Of a stretch of DNA of 64,000 nucleotides, positions 49,305-59,290 are shown piece by piece. Made by a program: the position numbers and the translations under genes. The notes under the pieces are model-generated. The model had not been told where the DNA came from and made no database searches. It saw only the letters and a list, made by a program, of their open reading frames with translations. Source of the DNA: Polyangiaceae bacterium (GTDB lineage Bacteria > Myxococcota_A > Polyangia > Polyangiales > Polyangiaceae). Numbering within the stretch: the stretch's first letter is position 1; each line of letters begins with the position of its first letter. The stretch covers positions 736,001 through 800,000 of the forward strand of contig CBDCTZ010000016.1 in assembly GCA_965222375.1 (NCBI GenBank). Reading direction: 5' to 3'.

Positions 49305-49438
49305 CGCTCGGTCCAGGCCCTGCGCATTGTTTCACCCCTAGCAAAATCCCTGTGCAAAGCGGCCTTGGCAGGATGATTTCCGCCAGTTTCGGTGAGGTCA
49401 GGGTTGGACTCGCAGGCATAGGTTGCTAGAGTATTCTT

Positions 49439-49690
49439 GTGCAAGTCGTGTTGCGAAAGCTCGGCCGCGGATCCCGCGCAGTAACCGGTCGGCTCGTGCG
49501 AGCCCCGCGCAAGGGTTCGGTTGTGGTGATTGAGTTTTCAGATGGCATGCACGAATACGTGACGACTCCGGTCAAGCGCGTGCTTCGTCTGGCGTCTAGT
49601 GACGTCTTCTACATCGAAACTGTGAATAGCCGGTACCGGCTGGAAGTCCGCGATCGCGAGCGCACGCTCGAAGACGCGTCCAGCGGCTGA
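49439..49690 (+). CDS. Small hypothetical beta-rich protein
   Basis: 83-aa GTG-start ORF filling the gap between genes; TTPVKRV...IETVNSRYRLE pattern. Confidence 0.65.
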   Translation: MQVVLRKLGRGSRAVTGRLVRAPRKGSVVVIEFSDGMHEYVTTPVKRVLRLASSDVFYIETVNSRYRLEVRDRERTLEDASSG

Positions 49691-49797
49691 GCATCATCTT
49701 TCCGTCAACGTCGGACTAGCGCCCCCGGCGCCTTTCCGCTATCCACGCCCGTCGCGGGGCTTGCCCGCGGCCACTACCACAAGGACGAGTCTGAGAA

Positions 49798-49938
49798 ATG
49801 GGACGTTTTGATCGCCGTAGATCTTCCAAGATGCGCCGCCGCAAGAGCCAGGCAAAGAAGAAGGAGCGCGAGCAGCGTCGCGCAGAGGAAAAGAAGGCTC
49901 AGAAGACCAAGGGCGGCAAGAAGAAGTCGTCCAGCTGA
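49798..49938 (+). CDS. 46-aa highly basic protein (below the ORF-track cutoff)
   Basis: MGRFDRRRSSKMRRRKSQAKKKEREQRRAEEKKAQKTKGGKKKSSS*; AAG/CGC-rich codons; AAGGA upstream; stop 16 nt from the convergent gene. Confidence 0.7.
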   Translation: MGRFDRRRSSKMRRRKSQAKKKEREQRRAEEKKAQKTKGGKKKSSS

Positions 49939-49954
49939 GGTCGGTCGCCCGGCG

Positions 49955-50461
49955 TCAGCGAATGACGCGTGTCGGGAACTGAGTGTCTCTGGGGGATGTC
50001 GCGTCCTGCGACACGGGGATGGCCTCACCAAATAGCCCCATGTCGCCGGCTAGACGCTGTTCGCGAACCAACTGCCAGCCGCCGTCGTCCCGCCAGACCT
50101 GCGCGACGCGTGTCGAGCGCAAGGTGGCGTCGTTTGCCCGTACCCACGCCACATCCACCTGGACCGTGGCGCGGAGCTTGTCCTGCATGCTCAACCCAGC
50201 CAGGACGACATCGACGATCCGTACGTCCTTTCCCCACTTCGTGCGGCGTTCCAGGAAGGTGCTCCGCGCACCTTTGGCTGTGTGCCCCAGGGCGATGTCC
50301 ATGCGTCCGAATCGCGTCGCCAAGTTCAGCTCCCGGGCTGCATCCGTCACCCGCGCGGCCTGAGAAGGAGGCGATAGACACGCGGAGAGCGTGGTCAGGC
50401 CGCCTAGGAGTAGGGCCCCGGGCAGGGCAAGGGCTCGCCGGGCTTGGCGTGAGTGCGTCAT
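49955..50461 (-). CDS. Hypothetical lipoprotein (NTF2-like fold possible)
   Basis: LSAC lipobox; RFGRMD...VQVDVAW...QVWRDDGGWQL. Confidence 0.7.
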   Translation of the reverse strand: MTHSRQARRALALPGALLLGGLTTLSACLSPPSQAARVTDAARELNLATRFGRMDIALGHTAKGARSTFLERRTKWGKDVRIVDVVLAGLSMQDKLRATVQVDVAWVRANDATLRSTRVAQVWRDDGGWQLVREQRLAGDMGLFGEAIPVSQDATSPRDTQFPTRVIR

Positions 50462-50541
50462 CTACCGGTTGCCGTATCAGACGTGGTCAAACCGGAAAAG
50501 AAAGCCGCGAATCCAGGCATGTCGCGTGGCATGCTTGAAAG

Positions 50542-51483
50542 GTGAATCTGGGCCGCCGCTCCGTCCGGGCCTGCGCCGTCTTAGTGGCGTTGCTCGCCCA
50601 CTGCGCCCTGGCCAGCGCGGAGTCCGCAGCGGACCTGACCAAGAGCGGGCTCACCAAGCTCAAAGGGGGTGACCTCGCTGGAGCTGTGGAGGATCTGCGG
50701 CGAGCGGCACAGATCGACCCGACGGCCCCGCTGCTCTTCAACCTCGCGCAGGCCGAGATCAAGTTGGGCAAGCTGACGGACGCCGAGCGCCACCTGAAAG
50801 AAGCGAAAGTACTGGCGGAGCAGAGCGGCCCCAAGTCGCTGATTGGGCTGAGCGACAACGCCCTGGAGAAGCTGGCTACCCGGGTCCCCAAGCTCGAGAT
50901 CGTGTCCGTACCGGATGCGGAGGAGCTGGAACTGACCTTGGACGGAAAGTCGATCAAGGGCGTGGATCATCGCATCAATCCGGGCAGCCACGAGTTGGTC
51001 GCCAAAGCCAGCGGCTTCAAGGAGCATCGCGAGAAGTTTGACGCCAAAGAGGGCGAGACGGTCAGTTTGAGCTTCACCCTCCAGACCAAACGGAAACCGA
51101 AATCCAGCGAGCCCGTCGAAGTCGAGTCAGGCCCGGATTTCCCCATCGGCCCGGTCGTGTTGGGGGCCGCTGGTGTTGTTGCAGCTGGCGCGGGTGTCTA
51201 CTTCTACACGCGAGTGTCAGCGATCGATGACGATCGCCGTGCGGAGTTCGAAAAGGCGGGCTGCCCCGGGCCCAGTTGCCCGGAAGAGCCCGAGAGCGCG
51301 AGGTTGCTTCGGGAAGATGGTGAACAAGCCGCGCTATTCGGAAACGTCTTCGTGGGAGTCGGCGCTGCAGCGCTCGTCGGTGCGGGGGTCTGGTGGCTGC
51401 TCTCAGGCAATGGCGGGAAGGCTCAACCAACGGTCGGGCTCACCCTGGCGCCGAACCAAGCCCACGTGGTCGGACGTTTCTGA
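50542..51483 (+). CDS. TPR + PEGA domain membrane protein
   Basis: Signal peptide; TPR (LLFNLAQAEIKLGKL); PEGA (LDGK...INPGSHELVAKASGF); two C-terminal TM-like segments; ends GRF. Confidence 0.8.
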   Translation: MNLGRRSVRACAVLVALLAHCALASAESAADLTKSGLTKLKGGDLAGAVEDLRRAAQIDPTAPLLFNLAQAEIKLGKLTDAERHLKEAKVLAEQSGPKSLIGLSDNALEKLATRVPKLEIVSVPDAEELELTLDGKSIKGVDHRINPGSHELVAKASGFKEHREKFDAKEGETVSLSFTLQTKRKPKSSEPVEVESGPDFPIGPVVLGAAGVVAAGAGVYFYTRVSAIDDDRRAEFEKAGCPGPSCPEEPESARLLREDGEQAALFGNVFVGVGAAALVGAGVWWLLSGNGGKAQPTVGLTLAPNQAHVVGRF

Positions 51484-51486
51484 GGC

Positions 51487-53028
51487 TCAGAGGCAACCGA
51501 CAACTTTGCCGTTCGCGTCAACGATGGGTGACGCACAGGGCTTCTTCGTGGAGCCGCCGGACTTGGGTGTCGGGCGCGAAGTCGTTGGCTTGGTCGTCAC
51601 GCTTGGGCTGCTCGGTTTCCCGGCCGGAGGCTTGGCCTCTCTGGCCACGGCCTTGGCTTCACTAGCCACGGGCTGCTTCTCGGACTCGGGTTCTGGCTCC
51701 GGGGGGGATTCCGGCTCGGGTGTAGCAGTCTCCACCAGCTTGGCTGTCGGCACCGGTCCAGGGCCACTTGGCTTGTTGACGGCGGGACCCGCTGTGACCC
51801 GGTTGGGGGGCTTGTCCACTGTGGGAGCGGCGACGGGTGGCGGTGCTTCGGAACGTGTGGCACGCATCAGGACCAGCGCGCTGACGGCACCGAGAAGCAG
51901 AATAGCCAAGGTGGCGGCGACCCACTGCAGGCGCGTCTTGGTCTTGGAGGACGGCCGGACAGCGGGAACGCGCAAGTGGCTCGCCGGGGTCACTGCGACG
52001 CCATGGGTCGTCGAGTGGGAAGTGGAAGCCGTTGTCGCGTGTCCAGACGGCGACGACGTGGACGAACTGGTGGACGTGGAGGGAACGCTTGGCTGGGATG
52101 CTGAACCGGTAACCTCGTTGGTCGCCACCGCGCCGCTTGCGGTGCTTTCGCTGCGGTCTCTCCTTTGCGTCTTGTTTGGTGTGCCAACGACGATCGAGGG
52201 TAGGACGAAGGGTTCCAGGGCCGCGATTATCTCGCTGGCGTCCTGGTACCGCTCGTTGACCTTCCGTTGCAGACAGTGACTGATGACCGCCTCCAGCTCC
52301 TTGTCCAGCGTGGCACTGAACTGGGAGGCCCTTGGGATGTCACTGAAGAGGATCATCGACAGCATCGCTGCAGGTGACTCTGCCGCGAAGGGCCGACGAC
52401 CGGCGATCATCTCGAACAAGAGTACGCCGATGGACCACAAGTCCGCGCGGTGATCGACGCGAGCGCCCCGCGCTTGCTCCGGACTCATATAGGCTGGCGA
52501 TCCTACGGCAATACCCGTGGAAGTGATCAGCTGTTGCTCTTCGCTGAGAACCTTACTCACGCCGAAGTCCAACACTTTTAGCACGATGCCGTGAGGGGTT
52601 TCGTGCAGCACCACGTTGCTGGGCTTCAGGTCGCGGTGCACGATGTTGGCGTTGTGGGCCGCCTTTAGCGCGATGCAAATGTCGCGCGCGACGGTCGCGG
52701 CAAGCTTCGGGTCCAAGCGCCGCTGTCGCTTGATCACACTGCGCAGGGTCTGTCCCTGCAGGAGCTCCATCACCAGAAAGGGTTCGCCAGAATCGGTCTT
52801 GCCAACGTCCAGGATGTCAACGACATGCCGATTCTCGAGGCGCCCGGCGGCCCCTGCTTCTCGGACAAGGCGCGCCTGCATCTCCTCGGATGCCCCGGTG
52901 GTCAGCAGCTTGATCGCGACGGGCTCGCGGGTGGACTCGTGCATCGCCGCCCACACGGTTCCCATACCGCCCTTGCCCACCGGGCGAACCAGTCGGTAGC
53001 TGCCACCGATGACGGCCCCCGCATGCAT
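51487..53028 (-). CDS. Transmembrane Ser/Thr protein kinase
   Basis: GKGGMG, VAIK, HRDLKPSN, DFG, YMSPEQ, DLWSIG; TM helix; Pro-rich extracytoplasmic tail. Confidence 0.95.
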   Translation of the reverse strand: MHAGAVIGGSYRLVRPVGKGGMGTVWAAMHESTREPVAIKLLTTGASEEMQARLVREAGAAGRLENRHVVDILDVGKTDSGEPFLVMELLQGQTLRSVIKRQRRLDPKLAATVARDICIALKAAHNANIVHRDLKPSNVVLHETPHGIVLKVLDFGVSKVLSEEQQLITSTGIAVGSPAYMSPEQARGARVDHRADLWSIGVLLFEMIAGRRPFAAESPAAMLSMILFSDIPRASQFSATLDKELEAVISHCLQRKVNERYQDASEIIAALEPFVLPSIVVGTPNKTQRRDRSESTASGAVATNEVTGSASQPSVPSTSTSSSTSSPSGHATTASTSHSTTHGVAVTPASHLRVPAVRPSSKTKTRLQWVAATLAILLLGAVSALVLMRATRSEAPPPVAAPTVDKPPNRVTAGPAVNKPSGPGPVPTAKLVETATPEPESPPEPEPESEKQPVASEAKAVAREAKPPAGKPSSPSVTTKPTTSRPTPKSGGSTKKPCASPIVDANGKVVGCL

Positions 53029-53143
53029 CCCGCAAGGGTAGCGTGGATGGTCACCAAGGGAAACGAACCCGGATCACGACGCGCTGCGGCATGCAGCATC
53101 TGCGCGGGTCGGCGGCCTCGGGCCACGGCACCCGTATGGTGCT

Positions 53144-56095
53144 CTAGAACACCGAAGCGGCAACAAAATAGGTCTGACCACCCGTCGGCGCCTCTGAGTC
53201 CGTGCCGCGAGCATGGCCCAGGCGCAAGTTCACCCGAGCGAAGTAGCCGAGGACGACGTCCATCCACAGCTCCGCGCCCACCCCTAGGTGGTACTCCTCG
53301 AAGGGATTTTCCAAGTCGATGCGATTGAACGCACCACCATAGTCGGCAAAGACCGCGCCGCTGAGGGTGCGCAAGAACACGGGCAGCGTGCTGATACCCC
53401 GATCCGCGTACAAGATGGGAAACCGGTACTCGGTGTTCAGCAGGTTGAAGTGCGTTCCAATGAACTGTGCGGGTTCGTAACCTCGGAGCCGAAAGCTCGA
53501 CTGGAGAACGCCGTCCGTAAAAGCATCCAACACGGGCAAGTCGACGAAGCCACCGGTGAAGAAAAGACCTCGGCGTGGATAGGTTCCCACCGCCGCACCC
53601 CCCGACAGCCCGAGGGCTAGGATATGGTGCTCAGCCCAGGGCATTGGCAGATAGCCCCGCGCCCTCCCGGAAAAGCTGGTCAAGGTGTCGTCGCTGCCGA
53701 GTTCCTTCAGCGCGAAGTCCCCCGACAGAGAAAGACTGAAGCCCCGCTCGGTGCTGATCGCATACGGGGAACTATCGGCGTTGGAATAGCTGTAGCCCAG
53801 GGATGTCATGCCCATGAAGCCACGGTGCGGATCCCGAGTGACCCGCGCGTAGGGATCAGCGCGGGTGCCGATCGGCAGAGTTCCGTCGAAGCTCATCGCC
53901 GTGTAGGACAGCGAGACGGACTGGAACTCGAACACCCCGGGCATACTGTAGGAGATGCCCGTGCGTGCGCCCAGCTGATGCTCCAGGAATATCGGAGTCT
54001 CATCTGCGAAGCGGTAGCCGGAACGCGGTGCGACGCGCCGAAACAGGGTGGCGAAGAAATCGAAGGGTAGCCGACGGTAGGCATAGGAGGCCGTGCCGCT
54101 AACCTCGCCTTCATCGGGCTCCACCAGCAGGGTCAGGGCGAAAGTGTGATGGCCGACAATGTCGGAGCCGCGTGTTGTCATCCGCAAAGCGTTACCGAAC
54201 GTGCCCGGGCCATACTCGACTTCGTAGGCACGTGGGGCCAGGGTTGGCAGCGGGTTGTAGGTTTCGACCGGCCAGCGCTTGGTCGGCACTTCTGGGTGCG
54301 GCCGGGGTCGCTCCGCGTCGAAGGGCAGCGCAGCGAGGAAGCGCGACCGCTGCAGCGGCATGCTGAACAGGTCGAACCCTTTAGAGGTGTATCCGATGTA
54401 GAACAGGGTGCGGCCGTCCGGGGAAACCTCCGGGTAGTAGGCGCCGGTCTTGACGTTCGTGACTTGATGCAAGTCTCCGCTACGCGTGTCGTAGGCGTAA
54501 ACATTGGCAATGCCGGTGCGATCAGAAGTAAAGAAGAGCAGGTCGTCGTCCGGAGACCAGGTGGGCTGCTGGTCCAGCGCGATATCGTGGGTGACTTGAT
54601 GAAACTTTCCGGTTTTCAAGTCGACAATGCGCACATCCCGATAGCCCCCTGCGGCCCATGCGCTGTAGGCAAGGCGTCTGCCGTCATTTGAAAAGCGAGG
54701 AGTGAAGGCTTGCTCATAGCGAGCGCTCGGTACCGCGATTCGTTCTCGTTCGATTCGTCCGTCGGGCGTGATGTCTGCGAGCCGAAGCGTCGATGTTCCA
54801 GCCCGATTCGTTACGAACGCCATGCGTCGACCGTCCCGACTAACGGCAGGATCTCGCGCCCGCCGTCCCTTGGTCAGGCGACCCACGCTTCGGCTCAAAC
54901 CCCTGGGCGATGAGTTTCCCGCGGTCTGACGGAACAGGTCGTTGAAGAAGTAGCGCCTGCCAGATGGCGCGACGTTGTCGAAGACGAAGCTGCAGGATGG
55001 TTCAAAGTCTAGAGTCCGCCCTGAACTGCGGGCGACGAGCTGTGGCGAGTCGCTGCTGGCCCTATTCCGCGCCGCTAGCTTGACTCGGTAGAAACCCGCC
55101 GGAGAGTGGCCGTCGTCCCGGTAGTAGAGGATCTCCTCCGCTGCTCCGCTACGCGCACATTTCGGCACGAAGCGCGGCGTTGCCGCAACGCGACCGCGGT
55201 GAGTGAGCTGAGTCCCCTCGCGCATTCCGCGCTTCTTCGCGGCACCGACCTGCTTCGCATACTTTCTGCGCAGGTGCGCCTTCCACCCCTCGTACAGCTG
55301 GACGTAGGTGCGACCAGTCGCGCGTCGAATGGATCGGTTGATCCCCCAAGGCATGATGTTGGCGCCATAGTCCGTGGCGACGGCGGCAAATGTGTCCGGC
55401 CCATATACATCTGCAATCCAGCCAACGAACTTGCCCCCGTAGAGGTACCAAAGGTTTCCGGTTGGCCAACGCCGCGCCGGGTTGCTTATCTGATCGAGGC
55501 GCGCGATGCGGTTTTCCAGCACGTCGGCCCGCAGGTACATGTCGAATTGAGTGGAGCGAAGGCGTCCTCCACCGCTGTGTTCTGATTCAAGGGCGACAGC
55601 GAGGCCCTCCAAGATCCATCGGGGCTGCACCTGGTTCGGCGCGTTGGTCTTGCCCAAGATGGAGTTGACCAAAGCCGGCACCCCGCTGATGTTGTCGACG
55701 TGGAGAATGTGCACGTATTCGTGGGTGAGCAGTTCGCTCAGCCAGTCATCGTATTCGCCCAGAGGCGACATGTCGTCCGGCGCGCTGACGAACATGCGGA
55801 TGGCGTTGTAGGGCAAGGCTGTGGCTGACCCGTTGGCGGAGTCGGTGGTGTCGGTGAGTAGGATCTCCGTTACTTCGGTGGGGCGCCAACCGAGCTGCGG
55901 TACGAGTCGGCGGTGGATTGCCTCGCCGAGATTTGCAACTCGCTGCGCCGAACTCTCGAGCCCGCTGTGGTAGTGCACCCGTAGGTTGGGCGTCTTGACT
56001 GTGTACCACCGCAGGTAGGGATCCCCCGCTCTGGCTGTTGCACTCACCACCGTCAGCGCTGCTGCCAGCGACAACGCGGTGAGCCACGACTTCAT
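53144..56095 (-). CDS. Omp85/BamA-TamA family outer-membrane protein with N-terminal zinc-peptidase-like domain and TolB-like propeller
   Basis: Signal peptide; HEYVH...WILEGLA; PD40 repeats (PAVSRDG, PTWSPDD, PEVSPDG); barrel motifs RLRGY and EYRFP; C-terminal Phe. Confidence 0.85.
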   Translation of the reverse strand: MKSWLTALSLAAALTVVSATARAGDPYLRWYTVKTPNLRVHYHSGLESSAQRVANLGEAIHRRLVPQLGWRPTEVTEILLTDTTDSANGSATALPYNAIRMFVSAPDDMSPLGEYDDWLSELLTHEYVHILHVDNISGVPALVNSILGKTNAPNQVQPRWILEGLAVALESEHSGGGRLRSTQFDMYLRADVLENRIARLDQISNPARRWPTGNLWYLYGGKFVGWIADVYGPDTFAAVATDYGANIMPWGINRSIRRATGRTYVQLYEGWKAHLRRKYAKQVGAAKKRGMREGTQLTHRGRVAATPRFVPKCARSGAAEEILYYRDDGHSPAGFYRVKLAARNRASSDSPQLVARSSGRTLDFEPSCSFVFDNVAPSGRRYFFNDLFRQTAGNSSPRGLSRSVGRLTKGRRARDPAVSRDGRRMAFVTNRAGTSTLRLADITPDGRIERERIAVPSARYEQAFTPRFSNDGRRLAYSAWAAGGYRDVRIVDLKTGKFHQVTHDIALDQQPTWSPDDDLLFFTSDRTGIANVYAYDTRSGDLHQVTNVKTGAYYPEVSPDGRTLFYIGYTSKGFDLFSMPLQRSRFLAALPFDAERPRPHPEVPTKRWPVETYNPLPTLAPRAYEVEYGPGTFGNALRMTTRGSDIVGHHTFALTLLVEPDEGEVSGTASYAYRRLPFDFFATLFRRVAPRSGYRFADETPIFLEHQLGARTGISYSMPGVFEFQSVSLSYTAMSFDGTLPIGTRADPYARVTRDPHRGFMGMTSLGYSYSNADSSPYAISTERGFSLSLSGDFALKELGSDDTLTSFSGRARGYLPMPWAEHHILALGLSGGAAVGTYPRRGLFFTGGFVDLPVLDAFTDGVLQSSFRLRGYEPAQFIGTHFNLLNTEYRFPILYADRGISTLPVFLRTLSGAVFADYGGAFNRIDLENPFEEYHLGVGAELWMDVVLGYFARVNLRLGHARGTDSEAPTGGQTYFVAASVF

Positions 56096-56122
56096 GGACT
56101 AGTTGGCCAGAGTGGTCCCGCC

Positions 56123-57367
56123 TCATAGGTCATCGTGAAACAGCGGCTCACGATTCCTGACGTAGCGGTAGACGAGCTGACGACCCTCTGGGGAGATCTG
56201 CGTGAATTTGGCACCGAAACCAGGGGGCGCTTCCACCCCAGCCGTTGAAGCCGGCGCTTCTCGCACCCACTCCACGACGGCCAATGCCTCGAACTCGTAG
56301 CCCCCCGGCAGAGACACGTGCACCACCACATTTTCACCCATTTTTGGGATTTGGTACGTGGCGACGAAGATCCCGCCTGCTTCTATGACGTCGTTGCCGC
56401 TCAACCCCTTGTAAAAATTGGTCGGGCTGTGCGCGCCCAGGTTGGCCTCGGCGCGCTTCGTGTTGGGCGGCGCCTGAATGGGCACTGCCGGCCCAGGAGC
56501 CGCCTGGGGATGGGAGCCTGCGGAGGGAGCCGCTTGCGGCGCGGACCCCGCGGGAGCCGCTTGGGGATGAGAGCCTGCGGCAGGCGCGCCCTGCTGGCCC
56601 GGCCACGGCTGTTGCGGTTGTTGCCAACCCGCAGGGGGCCCAGGGGCGGCCGGGGCAACCGCTGCGGGGGCGGCCGGGGCAACGGGCGCCGCTGGCGCGA
56701 CGGGCGCCGCGGCGGCGGGCGCAGCGGCTACGGGTGCCACGGGCTGCTGTGGCTGTTGCCAGGGCGGTGGTTGTGCGGGTGCCTGGGGTGCTTGTGGAGC
56801 CTGCGGTGCCTGAGGGGCTTGTGGTGCCGGTTGCTGCGCTTGCGGTGCTTGCTGAGCTTGGGGTGGCATGACTGCGGTGGCGCCGAGTCCAGGCGTGGCG
56901 CCTGCGGCTGGAGCGACGTGCGGCGCTGCCGATGGGAACTGCCCGAAGCCGCCAGCAGCAGGCGCCCCAGGTTGCTGTGCTGCGCCAGTGGGTTGCGCCG
57001 CAGCGGGTTGCGCTGCCGCCGGTTGCGGCGCGCCTACCTGCCCGGGAGCGGCGGCGCTAGCCAGCGAATGCACCATCCCGAGTGCACCTGCGACCGCTTC
57101 GGTTGCTTGGCCCACGGCTGGGTGATTGTCGTTGGCGTGGGCCTGCAGCAGAGACAGTGCGTTCCGCACGGCGGCTAGGGCCGCTGGGCCAGCCTCGGCG
57201 GCGGCACTGCCACCCGAGGCCTCGATGCGATGCAGCGCGCTCATCGCTTGCGCGACGGGTTCGGCCACGTTGCCGAGTTGCTCCGGCACGCCGGGGCTCT
57301 GCAGTGCTGACAGCCCCCGCGCGAGGTTTTCGCGTGCTGCTTTCGCTTGGCTGATCGGATCGCTCAT
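56123..57367 (-). CDS. Pro/Ala/Gln-rich protein with C-terminal TIGR02266/PilZ-like domain
   Basis: GGAG RBS; QAP repeats; NFYKG...GGIFVAT...VEWVRE...PGFGAKF...REPLFHD. Confidence 0.8.
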   Translation of the reverse strand: MSDPISQAKAARENLARGLSALQSPGVPEQLGNVAEPVAQAMSALHRIEASGGSAAAEAGPAALAAVRNALSLLQAHANDNHPAVGQATEAVAGALGMVHSLASAAAPGQVGAPQPAAAQPAAAQPTGAAQQPGAPAAGGFGQFPSAAPHVAPAAGATPGLGATAVMPPQAQQAPQAQQPAPQAPQAPQAPQAPQAPAQPPPWQQPQQPVAPVAAAPAAAAPVAPAAPVAPAAPAAVAPAAPGPPAGWQQPQQPWPGQQGAPAAGSHPQAAPAGSAPQAAPSAGSHPQAAPGPAVPIQAPPNTKRAEANLGAHSPTNFYKGLSGNDVIEAGGIFVATYQIPKMGENVVVHVSLPGGYEFEALAVVEWVREAPASTAGVEAPPGFGAKFTQISPEGRQLVYRYVRNREPLFHDDL

Positions 57368-57454
57368 CCAGCTCCTCCGTAGAGGCGACCAGTCTATATC
57401 AAGGTGAGGCCCTCAATACTCGCTTGTTTCCGACATTCTCGAATTGCGCGTGGC

Positions 57455-58369
57455 TCAAGGCGGGTCTGGGGGAAGGATCGCAACCCTGGCAGCGAGGCCG
57501 GCCCCGTCCAGCTCCTCGCCAGTGTCGGCCAGAACTGCTCGTTCCACGGACAGGGCGCCGTCTCTGACGCCAAGTCGCACCCGTGAATCCGGGCCCGGCC
57601 AAACGGCCGCTTCTCCCGGCAGCAAGGGACCAGATTCCGCTGTGCGCTCTGCTCGAATCACGAAGAGGTCGAGGCCTCGGATGCACAGGGCAAGACCTGG
57701 GACTGGTGCAAGCGCGCGAATTCGCCGCAAGGCGCGCTCAGCGTCCCAGCTAGCGTCCAGTTTCAGCAACGGCCCCTTTGGTTCCGGGGCCCAGGTGACA
57801 GCGCGGTCGTCTTGCACCTGCCCGTTCAGAGGAGCGCCCTTGGCGGCCTCCCCAATGCATCGTCGTAGCGCGCCGAGCGACAGACGGTCCAGCGCGCGCG
57901 CCAGCTGCCAGGAGTCTCGATCTCCGATCTCGAGCTGCTGCTGGAAGATCACGTTTCCGGAATCGTACTCTTCCGCCAGCCAGTGGACCGAGATACCAGA
58001 GGTTGTATCGCCTGAATCAATTGCCCAGAAAAAGGGGTTCGGCCCGCGATGTCGCGGCAACAACGATGGATGGACCCCGATGCCTCCTCGCGCCGCCAGG
58101 GACAGCCACTCGCTGGGGATGTGACGCGTCCAGAACCAGCTCATGATCAGGTCCGGTCGGATTTCCTTCAACTCGTTGCGGACGCGTTGGTCGAGAACGT
58201 CGGGAGAGCAGTCCGCCGCCCGGTGCACCGAAGCGGATGACAGCTCTCGTCTCAGACGTCTGAGGCCCGGCGCTGCAATTGGCGACAGCACGGCCAAGCG
58301 CACGTCGTGCCCGTCACGGCTCAGGCACAGGGCAGCCAAGGGCAGGCCGAAAAAGGCGATTTTCATCAA
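57455..58369 (-). CDS. Formyltransferase, Fmt-like paralogue
   Basis: HPSLLPRHRGPNPF, GISVH...YDSG, RRIRALAP.PG; the N-terminus FFGLP differs from the FMGTP of canonical Fmt. Confidence 0.8.
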   Translation of the reverse strand: MMKIAFFGLPLAALCLSRDGHDVRLAVLSPIAAPGLRRLRRELSSASVHRAADCSPDVLDQRVRNELKEIRPDLIMSWFWTRHIPSEWLSLAARGGIGVHPSLLPRHRGPNPFFWAIDSGDTTSGISVHWLAEEYDSGNVIFQQQLEIGDRDSWQLARALDRLSLGALRRCIGEAAKGAPLNGQVQDDRAVTWAPEPKGPLLKLDASWDAERALRRIRALAPVPGLALCIRGLDLFVIRAERTAESGPLLPGEAAVWPGPDSRVRLGVRDGALSVERAVLADTGEELDGAGLAARVAILPPDPP

Positions 58370-58500
58370 TGCTCAGCATACCCAGGGCACTGCCGGAGGG
58401 CGCAAACGGCCGTTCCTGGGCTCAAGCGGGTGGTTGGTGCAAGTCCACGAAAAAGCCGAAAAGTTGTTCCTGGCAGGCTGCCGCTGATAGGTCGAGGCCC

Positions 58501-59289
58501 ATGGATACTGGGGCAAAAGGCCGCCCTTTCCGCCCGGTGCTCCGGCCCGGGGAGAAGCGATTCGATTCTACAGCCGCGCGCCGCCCCATCCTTGTCTTCG
58601 AGGAACTCCACAAAGCGTATCGACCCGATGCGCCTGTGCTGCGGGGATTGAGCCTGGAGATTCAAAGGGGAGAGTTCGTTTTCATTACCGGGCCGTCGGG
58701 AGCCGGCAAGAGCACATTGCTGCGAATGCTCTACGCCGCGGAGGCGGTGGATTCTGGTCGCATTCTGTTCATGGGGCGTGAAGTGGGCCGCCTGACGGAA
58801 GACTCGGTTCCGTTTCTCCGCCGCAACATTGGCGTGGTGTTTCAGGACTTCAAGTTGGTTCCGAACTGGTCGGTGAACGAAAACGTCGCGCTTCCATTGG
58901 AGGTCTTGGGCGTTCCTTCTCGGCTCAGGAATCAACGGGTCGGTGATGCCCTCGAGCGCGTTGGGCTCGGGGGTCGCGGCTCCGACCTTGCGGGTACGTT
59001 ATCCGGCGGCGAACAGCAGCGGGTGTCTATTGCCCGAGCGATCGTTGGAGAACCCGCGCTGGTGCTGGCCGACGAACCCACCGGCAATCTCGACCCGCAA
59101 CTTGCCATCGATATTCTTGGCCTCTTCGAGGACATCAACGAGAGTGGGGTCACTGTCCTTTTCGCCACCCACGACCGCACGTTGCTCGACGTGCGCCCCC
59201 GCCGGGTCGTGGTCCTGGACGAAGGCAGAGCCATGGACGTCAAAGGCGGCCTGGAACGCGCGGCTGAGATCCAACGCGAGGTAGCCTGA
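58501..59289 (+). CDS. ftsE: Cell-division ABC ATPase FtsE
   Basis: GPSGAGKST, LRRNIGVVFQDFKL, LSGGEQQRV, LADEPTGNLD, ATHD; followed by ftsX. Confidence 0.9.
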   Translation: MDTGAKGRPFRPVLRPGEKRFDSTAARRPILVFEELHKAYRPDAPVLRGLSLEIQRGEFVFITGPSGAGKSTLLRMLYAAEAVDSGRILFMGREVGRLTEDSVPFLRRNIGVVFQDFKLVPNWSVNENVALPLEVLGVPSRLRNQRVGDALERVGLGGRGSDLAGTLSGGEQQRVSIARAIVGEPALVLADEPTGNLDPQLAIDILGLFEDINESGVTVLFATHDRTLLDVRPRRVVVLDEGRAMDVKGGLERAAEIQREVA

Positions 59290-59290
59290 C

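Noticed and set aside
56500..57030. QAP/AAP and GSHPQAAP short repeats (also ES repeats at ~32695 and AGSGAA at ~33355)
   Set aside because: Ordinary low-complexity linker repeats within CDSs.
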